The position numbers and the translations under genes are program-made. Below, piece by piece: positions 43,801 through 48,149 of a stretch of 48,149 nt of DNA (positions are counted from its first letter, which is position 1; each line of letters starts with the position of its first letter). Source of the stretch: Macrostomum lignano (Eukaryota); the NCBI GenBank assembly GCA_002269645.1, contig NIVC01001904.1, positions 1-48,149 of the forward strand. Direction: 5' to 3'. The notes below the pieces were generated by a model. It saw only the letters and a program-made list of their open reading frames with translations. It ran no database searches and was not told the origin of the DNA.

Positions 43801-46275
43801 CTCGCAAGCAAAATGGATGGCTTGTCTGTTTTCTTTAGTGCAGGGTTCAAGCAGAACGTTTCTGGATAGCAGAAAGTCTACAATAGACGAGTCGTTATTG
43901 GAGCATGCTATCATAAGTGGCGTCTTGCCCGTTTTGTCTTCTTGGTCGAGGCAACAGTCCTTCCGTTCTAGCAGCTTCACCATGTCAAAGAATCTCATCT
44001 GCGTTGCCATGTGGACCGCATTTTCACCTTGATTGTTTCTCAAGTTAACATCGGCACCGTAGTCCGCGAGTTTCTTAACCACGTCTTCGTTGCCTTCTCT
44101 AACGGCTAGCAAGAACAGAGTGAGCCCGTATTTGTCTTTTGTATCGAAAACGCACTTTAAATTGTTAACAAGATAGACAATTGCTTCAGGATGCCCCTTC
44201 ATGGCAGCGAAATGCACAGCGGTTCTGCCGCACTCGTCTGTAGCGTTTTTATTGTCATTCTCTTCTGGCGAGTCTCGGTGGAGATACCGAATAACATCGA
44301 CTTGGTTTTTTGCTGCAACTTGCATTAGGATAGTCTTACCCTTTCTATTAATGTTCATTATAGGTTTTCCGCTTGCAGCAAAATGTGTCAGTAAGTCCAC
44401 CCTACCCATCTTGGCGGCCATGCTCAAAGCAGAATTTCCTTTGTTATTCTTAACAGTGGAACTACACCCGTACCCAATTAAAGCAATGACAATTTTTCGA
44501 GTCAGGGAGCCGTCCTCAGACTGCGCGGTGATTGCCTTCATGAGAGGGGTATTGCCCTTGTTGTCGGCAATGTCCATGGGGACTTTCTTCTCAATCAAAA
44601 GCTTGATCAGCGGCCAGTTAAGAGCAGAGGTAGCTTGAGAAGCTACTGTATTTCCCTTATTATCGATGACATTAATCTTGCAACCCTGATCTAACAGGAA
44701 TTTGACAGTCTCCAAAGCGTTGTCTTTTGAGCCTGCAGCTACCAATATTGCAGTCTTGCCTTCTGAGTTTGGTACATCGAAGTTTGCTTGATGACTTTTT
44801 AGCACATTCAGCACGCTCAACTGCCCATTGGCGGCAGCCAAAAGTGCCGGAGTATTTCCAGCTCTATCGATGCGATTTACGTCGCAGTTATTTTCGGCAA
44901 GATAGGCGACTGTCTCTGCGGTGCCGGCGTGACACGCTGCCATGACTGCAGTTCGACCGTCCTTCGCTCTCGGAATGTCCAGTGGCATACTAGCTTGATG
45001 AAGCTGCTTCAGCATTTGGACTCGGCTTAGTTCAGCTGCCAGTTGAATCAGATTTGACTGGGTTTCACATTCGAATTGGTCGGTAGATTTCATTGCGTCA
45101 AGCACGCAATCGAAGATCTCTTGATTTTCAGATTCGATGCAGTAGGCTAGGGGGCATTTCCCCATACCATCTTTCAGGTGCACGTTGGCACCAGCTCTAA
45201 GTAGCATCTTCACAAATTCTATATGGCTATTCATTACGGCTGAAAACAATGGTGTTCTACCCAGGTTGCAAACCCGATTTACGTTGCAGCCTTTGCTCAA
45301 TAGAAGCTCTGCAATCTCTTCGCTTCCTTGCTGAGCAGCGTAGAACAACGGGGAGCTGTTGGTATTGTCAATCTTGTCGAAGTTTCCATCTTGTTCTGCA
45401 ACTAGATGGAGAAACTCTGTGGAGCCAATTTGGGAGGCTACATGAGCGATTGTCTGCTCATCCTTGTACTGGAGATCGCACGGCTTTTCGGCGTCTCGTT
45501 TCGGATAATTTTCCAGCCAATAACGGACGCATTCGGTTGCATGGCTCCGTACCAGCTCCGGTATGGTCTCGTTGTGCACCGCCGCGTCAAACTGCAGAGC
45601 CAACTGCTTCTCTTCCAGAATAGCAAGACTCTGCAGGTCGTGAGCAGCAAAGGCCAAGTCAGCGGCTGTGAATCCCTGGCGATTTTTTACGACAAGATCT
45701 GCGCCACGGTCAGTTAGCAGCCGGAGCAGATGTGGTTGCTGATTAACGGTTGCCAGCATTAGAGGCGTGTTGCCGTCTTGGTCCTGAGCGTTGATACTGG
45801 CCCCTTCGGAGAGAAGCCTGCTGGCAATCTCACTTTGTCCGTTTCTAGCTGCGCAGTGAAGCGCAGTCAATCCGTAGGCGTCTTGACAGTCGACACTCGG
45901 AACTCTGCGCAGGGCCATCTGGCAGGACTCTAGGTCGCCAGATTCAGCTGCGCGATGTAGACTACGGGTTGCTCTTAGTAGGGCTTCATCAGGCTCACCG
46001 TCTTCTCTGCTGTCGGCGCGACTTGACAAAGAAGCCGAGTCGTCACGCCATTGCATGAAGCGCCTAATCTGGAGAGCGAGCTCCTCCAATTTAGCATACT
46101 CGAGCTGATCTAATCTTTGAGTGCTCAATTTGGATAGCAGTTCCTTAATACCTTGAGGAAGACGAGTGCCAGTTGATGGTTCATTTGACGAGTTTTTTAT
46201 TCCAAGCTGCAGAAGAAGTTCCTCGACTTCTCTCGCCTTCTTGCGTTTTTTGTTGTTGTCGCTGGGCTTCGGCAT
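40884..46275 (-). CDS. Very large ankyrin-repeat protein (about 45-48 repeats, about 1740 aa up to a splice donor at 41045), split by a frameshift near 42000
   Basis: The 1419-aa and 366-aa ORFs are both continuous G.TPLM.A / TALH.AA ankyrin arrays, separated by 31 nt in different frames. AAG|GTAAGC donor after ILICLLAK. Confidence 0.85.
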
Positions 46276-48149
46276 GTCTGAAAGTCATTGATTGTTATTG
46301 CTTTTGTACAAATCTTCTCTGCAAGAAACGTGGCACCTACACGATTTAACTGTGTGATTCTTTTGTTTGAAAGTTACTGATACAAAGCTAGGGCGGTCAA
46401 AAAACTGGTTTAAAGTCGGAAAAGAGGGTTTCACCTCAATACAGTTTTGATTTAGCTAGGCGAATTCGCGCGAATGACTAGTGACTAGTGATCTGTATTT
46501 CTGACAATTTCTAATGATATTTTTAATAGCTATTTTTAACTTTTAGTATAATGGACTAGCAATCTCCGCCCACACTAGAGAGGCAACAAAGTAAGGAACA
46601 CAACTTTTTAATAAACTGCATGTAGGTTTCGACCTTGTACAGTCACTACTGTTAGTTTCTTAAGGAAAACGAAGTTTAAAGCAGTTTAATCCACCCAGAA
46701 AGCCAGCTATCTAACCTAAGATATCAACAGCTCCTTTGAGCTTTAGCATCAAAGAATCTGAGCAACCCCCATCAGCCACACCATTTCAGCAATTCCCATC
46801 AGCCTTGATATCTCAGAAACTATCCCACGAGTCTGTAAATATCAGTCATCCTGCCTATATGAGCCTTGACAACTCAGCAATTCCCCCCACGAGCCTTTAA
46901 GGTCGACAGAGCGAATCAGTTCAAAAGAACAAAGTGTGTATCTATCCAGATTCAAGATTGTGTGCAATTTTTTCTATTCATGATACATTCTATTCTATTC
47001 ATTTATTTTATTCATGAAGTTTAATGAAAAGCAAATATATTTGTTTTGAATAAGCATTGACATTGAAAAGGTATGAATAAAAAAGAGAAACCTTTTTTAA
47101 TCTTGCAAGAAAGCGAGAATTTCTTGGCTTTTAATGAACAAGAAAATTACTTTTTCTCGCGAGAATTTCTTCTGAAGATTTTCTTATGAGATTTTGAGAC
47201 AAGAGTATCTTTTCTCTTTACCCTTTTCTCAATGTCTGTGTCCGTCAGTTGTGCACCCAGTCTTATTTCTGTCTCTCGAGATTCCACCCAACCTTGCCCA
47301 GGTTGGCCCATAGACGACAATTTGCTTCATAAATTCTTGCGAGAAAGTCTTGAAAGCCAAGAAAAGTTTATTCATGTCTTTTGCAGATTTTCTTAGCTTG
47401 AGAGAATTTCTACGCGCGAAAATCTCGACAGTTGAGAAAATATTTTCCTTTTTATCTTGGCTTACAAGAATTTCCGCCGAGATTTTCTCGATTTTTATTC
47501 ATATACCGCCCATTTATTGCATTTCAATCCTTTCAATCAGATTTCTGAGTACCCCAAAGTTTAGCGACCGGCATTTATACAAGATTTTACCTGGTGATCC
47601 CGATGGTACACCGAAAGCCCATAGAGCTGAAAGCTTCGAAGTGCAAACGGAAGACGGCTGACTCTGTCTTGCTAAAACGTCGTTTTTCCGTATCGCGCTC
47701 ACGCCTAGAAAGAATGAATTTGAGAGCTTAAAACGCATGGCTGGAAAGCTTTTGGAGAGACGAAATTATAGACAGGAAAGAGAAGGCAGGGTGTGTGGCA
47801 GGGTTTCTGTACAGATGACTGTACGGCAAGCATAGAAGAGGGCAGTCTACCACATACATTTAAGTACATGAAATGCGCACAATAAAAACTTTCAGAAGCT
47901 ATACGAGGTACTTTGAGCCAAGTACAAAGTCAAAATAAACAGAACCGACTGGGTTTCGGCTGCAAGTCTTGCCGACAGATTCCCTGACGCTTGGATAACA
48001 CTAGAAACTCGTTGGCTTAGCAAAGAAAAGAAAAAATAAAGTCATCTCCTTAATAAACAAATTTGCACCTGGCTGGCTACTCTGTGTAAATATTGTTTTA
48101 TTTAAAAAGTTAATCATTGATCGTGGGATATTGAGTGAGAGGCCATGCG

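Noticed and set aside
46600-46660. Hammerhead-like GAC-loop-GTCGAAAC on the minus strand
   Set aside because: The CUGANGA core is degenerate (GTAGTGA) and stem III is not evident.
47095-47470. Cluster of GAGAATTTCT/TTCTCGCGAGAA motifs suggesting a MITE
   Set aside because: I could not define TIRs or a TSD.

Overview
Eukaryotic (metazoan) genomic DNA with GC-rich exons and introns filled with minisatellites. It resembles Macrostomum-type flatworm long-read assemblies (inference, not verified). Host genes: the 3' part of TTC25/ODAD4 (+, 1-5605); an intact 10-exon FER/FES-type F-BAR-SH2-tyrosine kinase (-, 9118-18994, 915 aa); a divergent POT/SLC15-like transporter with an uninterrupted CDS (-); a lesioned sulfotransferase; two copies of an unidentified multi-exon gene; and a giant exon encoding about 45-48 ankyrin repeats (-). 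Mobile DNA: a 7.0-kb hAT transposon with 14-bp TIRs and an 8-bp TSD (19470-26496), a 5'-truncated RTE-type LINE with TSD, a 157-bp mariner MITE, and a foldback element containing a THAP start. The most unusual observation is inside the hAT. One collinear gene runs signal peptide > lamin-tail-like (LTD) domain > linker > Cys/His region > hAT transposase, and the element also carries a 2-kb satellite built from its own subterminal motif. Most long ORFs in the track are translations of tandem repeats. Single-base indels at the window start suggest consensus errors, so frameshifts elsewhere should be checked against reads.
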